64,000 bases of DNA from Vicinamibacteria bacterium (GTDB taxonomy: Bacteria > Acidobacteriota > Vicinamibacteria > Fen-336). A program made the position numbers and the translations under genes. Every line of letters starts with the position of its first letter. Position 1 is the stretch's first letter. The stretch spans positions 251,770-315,769 of the forward strand of contig JBFWVE010000006.1 of the NCBI GenBank assembly GCA_050246895.1. Reading direction: 5' to 3'. Of this stretch, positions 1-6,648 are shown piece by piece. Under the pieces are notes generated by a model, which worked only from the letters and a program-made list of their open reading frames with translations, did not search any database and was not told the DNA's origin.

Positions 1-293
1 TCGGGGTCCATCACCTTGAGGTACAGGATGCCGTCGACCCCGACCTGCACGTTGTCACGCGTGATGCAGATCTGCTCGGGGATGTCGATCGCCTGCTCCT
101 TCAGCATGTGGCGATAGCGGATCACGTCCACGAAGGGCACCAGGATGTGGAAACCCGCCTCCAGGACGCCCGAGAAGCGGCCGAGCCGCTCGACGACGTA
201 GGCGTTCTGCTGCGGCACCACGACCGCCGTCTTGAAGAACACCCAGAGCACGAACAGCGCGAACAGAAACGCGACGAACAGAAGTCCGCCCAT
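1..293 (-). CDS. SPFH/band-7 (stomatin/HflC-like) membrane protein, 5' part only (runs off window start)
   Basis: Minus-strand translation from ATG (rc of cat 291-293) reads MGGLLFVAFLFALFVLWVFFKTAVVVPQQNAYVVERLGRFSGVLEAGFHILVPFVDVIRYRHMLKEQAIDIPEQICITRDNVQVGVDGILYLKVMDP, a classic SPFH N-terminus. An AGGAGG RBS sits in the 18-bp gap after the upstream NfeD gene. It is absent from the ORF track because it is truncated. Confidence 0.75.
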   Translation of the reverse strand, partial: MGGLLFVAFLFALFVLWVFFKTAVVVPQQNAYVVERLGRFSGVLEAGFHILVPFVDVIRYRHMLKEQAIDIPEQICITRDNVQVGVDGILYLKVMDP

Positions 294-311
294 GGCTCGC
301 AGCCTCCTTGA

Positions 312-743
312 CTACTCGAGATGCACGAGGAGCGTCAGCCCCTCGACCCGATCGACCACGCAGCGCCTCCCCGCGGGGATCGCCGTCGCTCCGCCGTTGC
401 GGGCGTTCCAGCTGGCGCCGCGCAGCTCCGCCTTGCCGATGGCGCCGACGGCGATCTCTTCCTGCGCCATCGCCACCTCCCCGGGGATGCTGTCGACCGC
501 GCGCCCGGGCCGGATGCTGCCCAGCCGCTGCTTGAGCGGCCCGCGCAGGAAGCCGAGCAGCGCGATGGCGAGCCCCGCGAAGAGCAGCCACTGCATCCAG
601 GCTGGCCCGGCCCAGCCGACGCCGGCGAGCGCCCCGACGGCCAGCGCCGACACGCCGAAGAACGCGGCGAAGAACCCCCCGGGCAGCGCGACCTCGAGCG
701 CGAGCAGGCCCAGGCCGATCACGACCCACAGCCACCATTCCAT
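312..743 (-). CDS. NfeD-family membrane protein (stomatin operon partner)
   Basis: The internal Met83 of track ORF 312..989 gives MEWWLWVVIGLGLLALEVALPGG... (two TM helices) and a C-terminal beta-barrel-like GKAELRGASWNARN...VVDRVEGLTLLVHLE. It lies directly upstream of the SPFH gene, which is the canonical NfeD-stomatin arrangement. Confidence 0.7.
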   Translation of the reverse strand: MEWWLWVVIGLGLLALEVALPGGFFAAFFGVSALAVGALAGVGWAGPAWMQWLLFAGLAIALLGFLRGPLKQRLGSIRPGRAVDSIPGEVAMAQEEIAVGAIGKAELRGASWNARNGGATAIPAGRRCVVDRVEGLTLLVHLE

Positions 744-782
744 GACGTCACCCTCGAAGCAGAAAAGCTGCCGAAGGCTAAC

Positions 783-891
783 ACGCGAACGGAGGCAACG
801 GACGGGCGACGGACGTGAACGTCCACGTGAAACGTGAACGTGAACGGGGCCAGGGCGCCCGAACGGCCTGAACGTGAACGTGAACGGGCGC
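783..891. repeat. Intergenic repeat cluster, GTGAACG orientation: GGCGACGGACGTGAACGTCC core plus (GAACGT)n hexamer tandems
   Basis: The sequence here is ggcgacggacgtgaacgtccacgtgaaacgtgaacgtgaacgggg...cctgaacgtgaacgtgaacgggcgc. It contains the palindrome GGACGTGAACGTCC. The same family recurs at 6005-6146 (inverted), 27706-27775, 28315-28408, 28967-29060, 29636-29675, 30401-30526 and 30935-31075. Confidence 0.6.
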
Positions 892-1287
892 TTATGACCA
901 GTTCTCGACTCGAAGCCCCGGCACCCGGCGGAAGTGGCGTGTGTTGTTCGTGACCACGGTGAGCCCGCGCGACAGCGCCTGGGCCGCAACGAGCGTGTCC
1001 AGGATTCCTATCGGACTACCCTTGCCGGCCAGGCCCGCGGCCACCTCCGCAAAGCGCTCCGCTGCTGCCTCATCGAACGGCAACACCGTCAGGTCCTTCA
1101 CGAAGCTGCGGATTGCCTTTCGGAGCTTCTGCGATTTCTTGCGTTCAGCTCCGAATCGCAGCTCAGCCAGCGTAATCGAGCTGATACAGAGGTCGGACGG
1201 CACGTGCTCGAGGATGCGAGCAGCTGCTTGCCCGTGGCCGCGGAGGGCGTAGCTGACGGTATCTGCATCAAGCAGGTACCGGGGCAT
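892..1287 (-). CDS. vapC: VapC PIN-domain toxin
   Basis: From Met34 of the track ORF: MPRYLLDADTVSYALRGHGQAAARILEH...ITLAELRFGAE...LDTLVAAQALSRGLTVVTNNTRHF, a PIN fold with acidic residues. The ATG overlaps the vapB stop in an ATGA overlap. Confidence 0.85.
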   Translation of the reverse strand: MPRYLLDADTVSYALRGHGQAAARILEHVPSDLCISSITLAELRFGAERKKSQKLRKAIRSFVKDLTVLPFDEAAAERFAEVAAGLAGKGSPIGILDTLVAAQALSRGLTVVTNNTRHFRRVPGLRVENWS

Positions 1288-1526
1288 CAGGCGAACGGGT
1301 TTCGCGTGCGGAAGAGGCGCTCCTGCTTCGGGCGAGGAATGTCCTCGGCGATCGAGCCCAGGCAGCCACGGAACTCGGCCGACCATTCATCGGCCGGCTC
1401 GAGGATCACCCGACGTCCCTCCCGGCGAACCAGGACCTCACGCTGGGACCCAAAACGGTAGGCCTTCGGCAGCCGAACCGCCTGGCTTCCGCCGTTCTGA
1501 AACAGCTTCGCTCGAATCGCCTTCAC
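1287..1526 (-). CDS. vapB: VapB antitoxin (AbrB/SpoVT/MazE-type swapped-hairpin)
   Basis: MKAIRAKLFQNGGSQAVRLPKAYRFGSQREVLVRREGRRVILEP is the SpoVT/AbrB motif. The gene is 79 aa with a GTG start and is translationally coupled to vapC. Confidence 0.8.
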   Translation of the reverse strand: MKAIRAKLFQNGGSQAVRLPKAYRFGSQREVLVRREGRRVILEPADEWSAEFRGCLGSIAEDIPRPKQERLFRTRNPFA

Positions 1527-1562
1527 GCCGCGAGTATAGATGCTCGTCTATACGTCCGTCAA
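1527..1562 (-). promoter_or_regulatory. vapBC promoter with an inverted-repeat operator (TATAGA-N6-TCTATA) overlapping the -10
   Basis: The minus strand reads TTGACG-18nt-TATACT, then 8 nt, then the GTG start, so the transcript is likely leaderless or short-leader. The perfect 6-bp inverted repeat TATAGAcgagcaTCTATA (plus 1535-1552) sits between -35 and -10. This is typical of TA autoregulation. Confidence 0.45.
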
Positions 1563-1678
1563 CTCTCCAACTCACTCTCGTGTCCGCCCACGCGCGGTCA
1601 GTTCCCGGCTGGAGCCGTGCTCGTGAACGGTTCCAGCCGGCACTCTTCATCTTCCCCCTGCGACCGATGACCCACCAC

Positions 1679-1993
1679 TCACGGCTCCGCGAGGAACGCG
1701 CGATCTCGGACACGATCAGCCTCCGGGTAGAAGGTCGGTTCCAACTCCCGAATCGCAACATAGATGCGAAGTGCCCGTCGCGCGTTCGCCACCGTAGGAG
1801 CTGCAACCGCGCCGGCCCCGAGCCAGCCGACGGTAAGCCTGGCTCCCTCAGCCGCCACACCGATCTCAATAGACGGGTTGAGGCCGTCGATTGCCCCCTC
1901 CCGTAGTGCCCCGACAAGCGGAGCGCATGGTTGCTGTTGAACGTCGCAACGAGAGTGCGCCTCTCGGGGGAACCGCAGTAACGCGGATCCCAT
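1679..1993 (-). CDS. Hypothetical small protein (possibly a gene remnant)
   Basis: The ORF is 104 aa with moderate GC3 like the neighbouring island genes rather than the core genome. It is A/G-rich and has no recognisable motifs. Confidence 0.2.
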   Translation of the reverse strand: MGSALLRFPREAHSRCDVQQQPCAPLVGALREGAIDGLNPSIEIGVAAEGARLTVGWLGAGAVAAPTVANARRALRIYVAIRELEPTFYPEADRVRDRAFLAEP

Positions 1994-2051
1994 CGTCTGA
2001 ACCCCCCTGATGACAGAACCTGCCCACCATTGCCCCGGCGAACACGCTCGC

Positions 2052-2531
2052 TCACTGGAAGCCTGCTTCTACGAGCCGCCGCAGGAGCATTGAGGCGAAA
2101 GACAGGTGGTCGAGGCAAAGGTCAGGATCATCGCGCACGTCGTACTCGTGACCCCGAGGATTGCGGATGGCGAGCATCGAACCCGCGAACAGGAACTGGT
2201 ATCCCTTTTGCTCGTCCTGTTGCGAGGCAGTAACGAGCGGTGTGAGCCGCAGCGGCGGGGCATCACCGCCGAACACCTGCATCATGAGCTTGAAGCCTGC
2301 TTCGGAAGAACGGGCGTGTCGCTGAACCTGCTTGTCGACGAACTTGTAGGCCTCGAATGTAGCCTGAGCGAAGTGCCCATCATCAAACAGTCGACGTACG
2401 CGGCCCGGCAACGATGACGAGATGTTCCGTGTCTCGAATGGGTGCTGCGGCGCACCCTGCTGGCTCGCGGGTGCCGCGAAACGGCGCGCGCTACGAACGA
2501 TCCGTTCAAAGGCGGCGAAACTACTCGACAT
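2052..2531 (-). CDS. HEPN-like protein (TIGR02391/Abi_C-like) with an RNxxxH motif
   Basis: The 159-aa protein reads ...YQFLFAGSMLAIRNPRGHEYDVRDDPDLCLDHLSFASMLLRRL. R-N-x3-H is the canonical HEPN Rx4-6H active-site motif. It overlaps the upstream gene by 11 bp (operon) and has lower GC3 than the core genome. Confidence 0.6.
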   Translation of the reverse strand: MSSSFAAFERIVRSARRFAAPASQQGAPQHPFETRNISSSLPGRVRRLFDDGHFAQATFEAYKFVDKQVQRHARSSEAGFKLMMQVFGGDAPPLRLTPLVTASQQDEQKGYQFLFAGSMLAIRNPRGHEYDVRDDPDLCLDHLSFASMLLRRLVEAGFQ

Positions 2532-3192
2532 CGATCAGGTTCTCGCGGAGGCTTTTGAATATCCGGTCGTACGTGGGCTGGTCCGCGTCCGCGGGGAGGT
2601 TGATCTCGACGCGAACGGTCAGGCCGACGTCCCGAGCCCGTTTCGCGGCAGACACATCGATGGGCGACGGCGTCGGGGGTGCTGCGGCCTTGGGCTTCAC
2701 AGTTGCGCCCTTCTGGCTCTTCGTAGCCTTGGCCTTGGCGTCAGTCGTCCGGGTCGTCGGTGGCTCGGCCTTGCCGGCGATCGCGGACAGAGCTTGAAAG
2801 GTCGTCGCCTGACGCCTTCCGACGACACCGCTTGTCTCGTCTGTGGATCGGAAGTACTGAATGAGCTTGTTTTGGTCCAGGGACCACGCGGAATCGCCAT
2901 GCAGGGTGAACAGGTCACCGTAGGCATCCTTGACGAGCTTCGAGAATGCCTTCTGGAATGAGTCGTTGGCATGCTGCGTGAACACCTTGGCGCCTTCCGC
3001 CGTCTTCTTGCCCTCCTGGTCGAGAGCATTGATGAAGCGGAGGATGTTGATGACGTAACCCTCGTTGTTGGGCGCAAGTCCGAGCTTCTTGAGCGTCTCG
3101 GCTGTGACCGTGGCCGGAAAGGACTTGCGCAGCTGTTCAACGATCTGAAACAGAGGGCCGCTGCCTGACATGTAGGGGTGTTTCTCAGCCAT
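2521..3192 (-). CDS. Hypothetical protein, partner of the HEPN gene (N-terminal globular domain, K/A/P/T-rich linker, conserved C-terminal ~40 aa)
   Basis: The 223-aa protein has an ATG start with an AGGAGA RBS. It reads MAEKHPYMSGSGPLFQIVEQLRKSFPATVTAETLKKLGL..., then a low-complexity TTRTTDAKAKATKSQKGATVKPKAAAPPTP linker, then LTVRVEINLPADADQPTYDRIFKSLRENLIDVE. Codon usage is low-GC. Confidence 0.55.
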   Translation of the reverse strand: MAEKHPYMSGSGPLFQIVEQLRKSFPATVTAETLKKLGLAPNNEGYVINILRFINALDQEGKKTAEGAKVFTQHANDSFQKAFSKLVKDAYGDLFTLHGDSAWSLDQNKLIQYFRSTDETSGVVGRRQATTFQALSAIAGKAEPPTTRTTDAKAKATKSQKGATVKPKAAAPPTPSPIDVSAAKRARDVGLTVRVEINLPADADQPTYDRIFKSLRENLIDVE

Positions 3193-3356
3193 CGCTCACA
3201 TCTCCTTCGGTTTCACAGTGTGTCGCAACGTGCCCGCCTAACACCGCGGAGGCTGCGAAACGACTCAATCAACGAAAATAGCCTCGCCGGCGCGCCACGG
3301 CCGGTCCCGTTTAAGAGATCCGCGCGTCGTCGCATTCATGCGCTTGTTCGGCCGCC

Positions 3357-3899
3357 TCAGGCCTCCGCTGCATCCTGGTCGACAACGAGTGTCGCAAGGA
3401 ACGCGGACAGCCGCCTCACATCGGCCGACTTGAGGTCCGTCGGCAACGACATGCGGGCGATTCGCCCTTCGCGCAGCGGGAACGGATACTCCACAAACCC
3501 CACCGTCGGAGGGAGCGTCGCCTTCTCGACCTCCTCCGCCGATTCGGCGCCCGGCCGACCCCGCTCGAGCTTCCCGTTCCGAGGTGGTCGTTCCTGGCCA
3601 CCGATCTTCCAGGACGAGGGGTCCTTGAGATAGCCCAGATACGAGGCATGGGCTTTGCGGAAGCGCCGTTCATACTCCTTAAGGCTATCGGGCTTGTACT
3701 CCCTCCCCTTGAGCGTCCGGAATCTCCTAAGGAGGCCATCCACGTCAACTGTGGAGATGTCCAACGCCTCCCAACCCTTCTCGATCTCGAGGACCTTGGT
3801 ACATGCGGCGCGAAGCGCGTTGGCCGTATTCGCGTTGAGGAGACCCTTCCCGGCGGCCCATTCCCAGTGTCCGACGAACTCTCTCCCCGTGCTGCCCAC
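3357..3899 (-). CDS. Hypothetical protein (181 aa) in the low-GC island
   Basis: The start is at GTG (Val62 of track ORF 3357..4082), preceded by AGGAG-7nt. The protein reads VGSTGREFVGHWEWAAGKGLLNANTANALRAACTKVLEIEKGW...KEYERRFRKAHASYLGYLKD.... No family was recognised. Confidence 0.5.
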   Translation of the reverse strand: MGSTGREFVGHWEWAAGKGLLNANTANALRAACTKVLEIEKGWEALDISTVDVDGLLRRFRTLKGREYKPDSLKEYERRFRKAHASYLGYLKDPSSWKIGGQERPPRNGKLERGRPGAESAEEVEKATLPPTVGFVEYPFPLREGRIARMSLPTDLKSADVRRLSAFLATLVVDQDAAEA

Positions 3900-3948
3900 G
3901 AAAGAACTCCTACGGAAGCGGGATGGCCCCTTGCCATCTCCAATCTGG

Positions 3949-3977
3949 AATATATGATATCTATATCGATCTGTCAA
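3949..3977 (-). promoter_or_regulatory. Near-consensus sigma70-type promoter (TTGACA-17-TATATT) in an AT-rich stretch
   Basis: On the minus strand, TTGACA (plus 3977-3972) is followed by 17 nt and then TATATT (plus 3954-3949). This is about 45 nt upstream of the GTG at 3899, and the local AT-rich block runs 3905-3985. Confidence 0.5.
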
Positions 3978-4112
3978 TGAACTACAGATGGCATATCGGC
4001 GGCGGCCCCGCACGACCTTCGCTGGGTGGGCCGGACACACGGATAAGCCAGGAACCCGCGATGCTCGCCGCGAGGCGAGCACGCGACGCCGCGGGCGATG
4101 CGAAGAGGTTCG

Positions 4113-4490
4113 TTAGTCTGTCTGGTTGTTGTGCGGGTCACTCGATGCTCCCAAGGCGAGCCTCAACGAGGGCGACGACCTCCGATAGGACTCGTGCGTC
4201 CGGAGCAATTGGAGGAGAGTGCGTTCCCAGAACAGAGTAGTGCTTGTCTCTAAGAGCCCCTGTTCAAGCGCGGCGGCACGATCACGGAAAGCACGGTGTT
4301 GCTCAAACAACTCTTGCCGCGACGCGCAGGTTCGCAGAAGGGCATTGCCTCTTGCCGTTGTGCGCAAGTTCAGGTGTAGTGCGATCCTCGAAAACGGGGA
4401 CGATGCCTTGGGGGACGAGCTGTCGCCTGTGCGCCCAATTGAGTGGGCCACCATGCGCGGCCCACATGGACGGCAGAGTCCGCAGAACAC
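4113..4490 (-). CDS. Hypothetical small protein with an N-terminal CxxCxxC (possible zinc finger)
   Basis: The protein reads MFCGLCRPCGPRMVAHSIGR.... Codon usage is low-GC (TTA, ACA, ACT). An alternative overlapping minus ORF at 4303..4599 makes the frame choice uncertain. Confidence 0.3.
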   Translation of the reverse strand: MFCGLCRPCGPRMVAHSIGRTGDSSSPKASSPFSRIALHLNLRTTARGNALLRTCASRQELFEQHRAFRDRAAALEQGLLETSTTLFWERTLLQLLRTHESYRRSSPSLRLALGASSDPHNNQTD

Positions 4491-4576
4491 CTCTGGATTG
4501 ACCTGCAGGGGGCGCCCAGTCTGTTGGCAGCAGATCTTGTCTGCTCCAATCCTCTGTTCGACGGTCGTGCGGAGGG

Positions 4577-5128
4577 CTAGGGTTGTTTGTGGTTCGCATC
4601 TCTGCTCATCGTCAGCTTGAGGATTTCGGAATCTAGCCGAGCGATCTCCCTATAGATCGCCGCCGCCTGGGGCCCAAACCCCGGGCGGTCGGATCTGTGG
4701 ACCTCCGAGACCATTCCGCTCTGCAGCTTCTCCAAAGCCATTTGCTTCTCTCGAATGAGTTTGTCAAGGGACTCATAGTGAGCCTTCTCACGAAGAAAGG
4801 CCTCCACCGTACCAAGCCATTTGTTGTCCGACTCGCCGTACGCCGCAGAAATAATGGCCAGCGCCTCACCACGTTTCTCTGAGTCCGGTTCCCTAACCCA
4901 TTCCAGAAGTAGCCTTGCCCGCTCGCGCGCGATGGTCTCCTTCGAGGCCTCCCGGTTTAGAGCGGACTCGGGTCGTTGAACAAGCCAAAAAACGAACGCC
5001 GCGCCAAGAACCGCCAGGAGGGCCTTGACCACCTCGACTCTCAGTTTGGCCTGTTCAAGCCGAAGGGCCGGGTCCACGACTGGCGGCGCAGGTCCCTCTC
5101 GTTTGTCGTCGGGCATTGCTGGTCTCAT
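4577..5128 (-). CDS. Membrane-anchored coiled-coil protein (single TM helix plus a long helical region)
   Basis: The protein reads MRPAMPDDKREGPAPPVV...LRVEVVKALLAVLGAAFVFWLVQRP (TM), then EASKETIARERARLLLEW...LDKLIREKQMALEKLQSG...IYREIARLDSEILKL. A GGAAGG RBS is present, with an alternative start at 5116. Codon usage is low-GC. Confidence 0.45.
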   Translation of the reverse strand: MRPAMPDDKREGPAPPVVDPALRLEQAKLRVEVVKALLAVLGAAFVFWLVQRPESALNREASKETIARERARLLLEWVREPDSEKRGEALAIISAAYGESDNKWLGTVEAFLREKAHYESLDKLIREKQMALEKLQSGMVSEVHRSDRPGFGPQAAAIYREIARLDSEILKLTMSRDANHKQP

Positions 5129-5267
5129 CTCCCTTCCGTCGAACAACGCCAGGCAGCTGACAAGATGATCCCGCTAGCACTGCAGTCAATAGTGCCAGCC
5201 GTGGACCGGCATGTGTCGGGGACTCTCCAGATTGGCCGAGATTAAGAGTTGAAGGAGTGTAGCGCCG

Positions 5268-5774
5268 TCAGCGGCGCGAGGGCGTGTCGAATTTATGCAT
5301 CAGGCCGACCAGCATCGAGACGATGCGGATCAGCAGCGATCGCCCGCGGCGGTGGTCGGCTGGGCTGATCAGGCCGCGGGCCAGCAGCAGGTCGAGCGCA
5401 GCGGCTGACTCCGTGGCCGACCCGCGGGCGATCGAGAAGAACTGGACTTTCTCCCCGGAAGACGAGCGGCCCGCACCCTCCGCCGTGTTCAGGCAAATGC
5501 TGACCGAGGCGCGGTCGAGCTGGTCGCGCAGGGCGCCGAGACCGCGGCCTCGACACAAGCGCGCGGCAAGCTGCTGGAACTCGAGCGAGACGCGATAGGC
5601 GTCGAGCCGGTCGTGCTCCAGCCAGGCGTCGGGCTGTGGCTCACGACCACGAGCCGGCAGCGGTTCACGACCGGGAACCGGCGACGGGCACGGGCGGGCT
5701 GGAGCAGCGGACGCACCGGCGGGAGCGGGGCCGGCTGCGGGATCGCCTGCGGGACTGGTGGAGCGATGGGCCAT
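5268..5774 (-). CDS. Four-helix-bundle protein (TIGR02436 / 23S rRNA IVS protein family, Avd-like fold)
   Basis: The sequence AYRVSLEFQQLAARL...LRDQLDRASVSICLNTAEGAGRSSSGEKVQFFSIARGSATESAAALDLLLARGLI matches the family signature. A ~50-aa Pro/Ala-rich N-terminal extension precedes it. A strong GGAGGTGA RBS sits before the ATG. Confidence 0.75.
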   Translation of the reverse strand: MAHRSTSPAGDPAAGPAPAGASAAPARPCPSPVPGREPLPARGREPQPDAWLEHDRLDAYRVSLEFQQLAARLCRGRGLGALRDQLDRASVSICLNTAEGAGRSSSGEKVQFFSIARGSATESAAALDLLLARGLISPADHRRGRSLLIRIVSMLVGLMHKFDTPSRR

Positions 5775-6004
5775 CTGTCACCTCCGTTCGGGCCGGCGAG
5801 GGCCGGCCTCTCGCGAAGTGGAGGCCGGCCCGAGCGGAACGAAGGTGACAGCAAGGCCAGCGACGCCCCGAGCAGGAGCCGCGCACGCGCCGTGACGCCG
5901 CGGCAGTTCAGGCGGTTCTGTCCGGCGGCGGGCCGCGGCGGCGCGCCGCGTGCAGCGCGGCCGTCAGGGCGTCCTCAGGCCGCCGCGCTCCCCCTTGGTC
6001 GTTG

Positions 6005-6146
6005 CCGTTCTCGTTGACGTTCACGTCTGTAGCCGCTCGCCCCGTTTCGTTCACGTTCACGTTGCCCGTTCCCCGTTCACGTCCGTAGCCACCCGCCGCC
6101 GTTCCGTTCATCGTTCACGTTCCCGTTTGCGTTCACGTCCGCAGCC
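6005..6146. repeat. Intergenic repeat cluster in the opposite (CGTTCAC) orientation: at least 3 copies of the CGTTCACGTC(C/T)G(T/C)AGCC core plus (ACGTTC)n
   Basis: The sequence here is gttgacgttcacgtctgtagccgc...ttcacgttcacgttgcc...cgttcacgtccgtagccacc...cgttcacgttcc...cgttcacgtccgcagccgg. Its reverse complement matches the 27706/28315/28967 elements (GGCTACGGACGTGAACG). Confidence 0.6.
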
Positions 6147-6192
6147 GGCCCGTCGCCCCCCGAACGAGGCTTAGAGTTGTCCCGCACGAAAG

Positions 6193-6621
6193 ATGCCCGT
6201 CCTGACCGATCCCCTCGGCTGGTTCACGCTGCGCTTCCCGGAGGAGTGGGAGCAGACGACCGAGGACGGCGTGACGGTGCTCGGCACGGGCGTGGGCACG
6301 GTCTTCGTGGGCGGCGGCCGCCACGCCGCGGGGCCGCAGCCCGGCTTCGGGGGCTCCGACTTCCTCGCGCGCTTCCTGCGCTCGATCGGCCTGTCCGTGG
6401 AGGAGGCCGCGATCGAGCAGAGCGAGGGCATCGGCTGCCGCATCTACCACTACCGGCGCGAGGCGGAGCAGGCGCACTGGCGCTACTGGTCGGTGACCGA
6501 CGACGAGACGGCCCTGCTGATCTCGTACACCTGCGCGGCGGAGCACGCCGGGCGGGACAGCGACGAGGTCGAGTCTCTGGTCGGCTCGGTGCGCCTGTTC
6601 CACTCCGCGCGGCCCGCCTAG
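6193..6621 (+). CDS. Hypothetical protein (142 aa)
   Basis: The ORF has normal composition (MPVLTDPLGWFTLRFPEEWEQTTEDGVTVLGTG...) and high GC3, with the repeat cluster in its upstream region. Confidence 0.5.
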   Translation: MPVLTDPLGWFTLRFPEEWEQTTEDGVTVLGTGVGTVFVGGGRHAAGPQPGFGGSDFLARFLRSIGLSVEEAAIEQSEGIGCRIYHYRREAEQAHWRYWSVTDDETALLISYTCAAEHAGRDSDEVESLVGSVRLFHSARPA

Positions 6622-6648
6622 CCCGAGGCGGCGAGCTATGATCCGCCG

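Noticed and set aside
1580-1993. Protein-coding gene between vapB and the HEPN gene
   Set aside because: Only weak, low-complexity ORFs on either strand and no recognisable motifs. It is kept as a 0.2-confidence feature and is possibly a decayed gene.
3940-3975. ATATGATATCTATAT as a perfect palindrome or restriction-modification site
   Set aside because: Only the central GATATC is palindromic, and the flanks are offset by one base. It is treated as part of the promoter/operator region only.
5268-6192. Diversity-generating retroelement suggested by the Avd-like four-helix-bundle gene
   Set aside because: There is no reverse-transcriptase ORF and no template/variable repeat pair anywhere in the window. 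The family also occurs widely outside DGRs.
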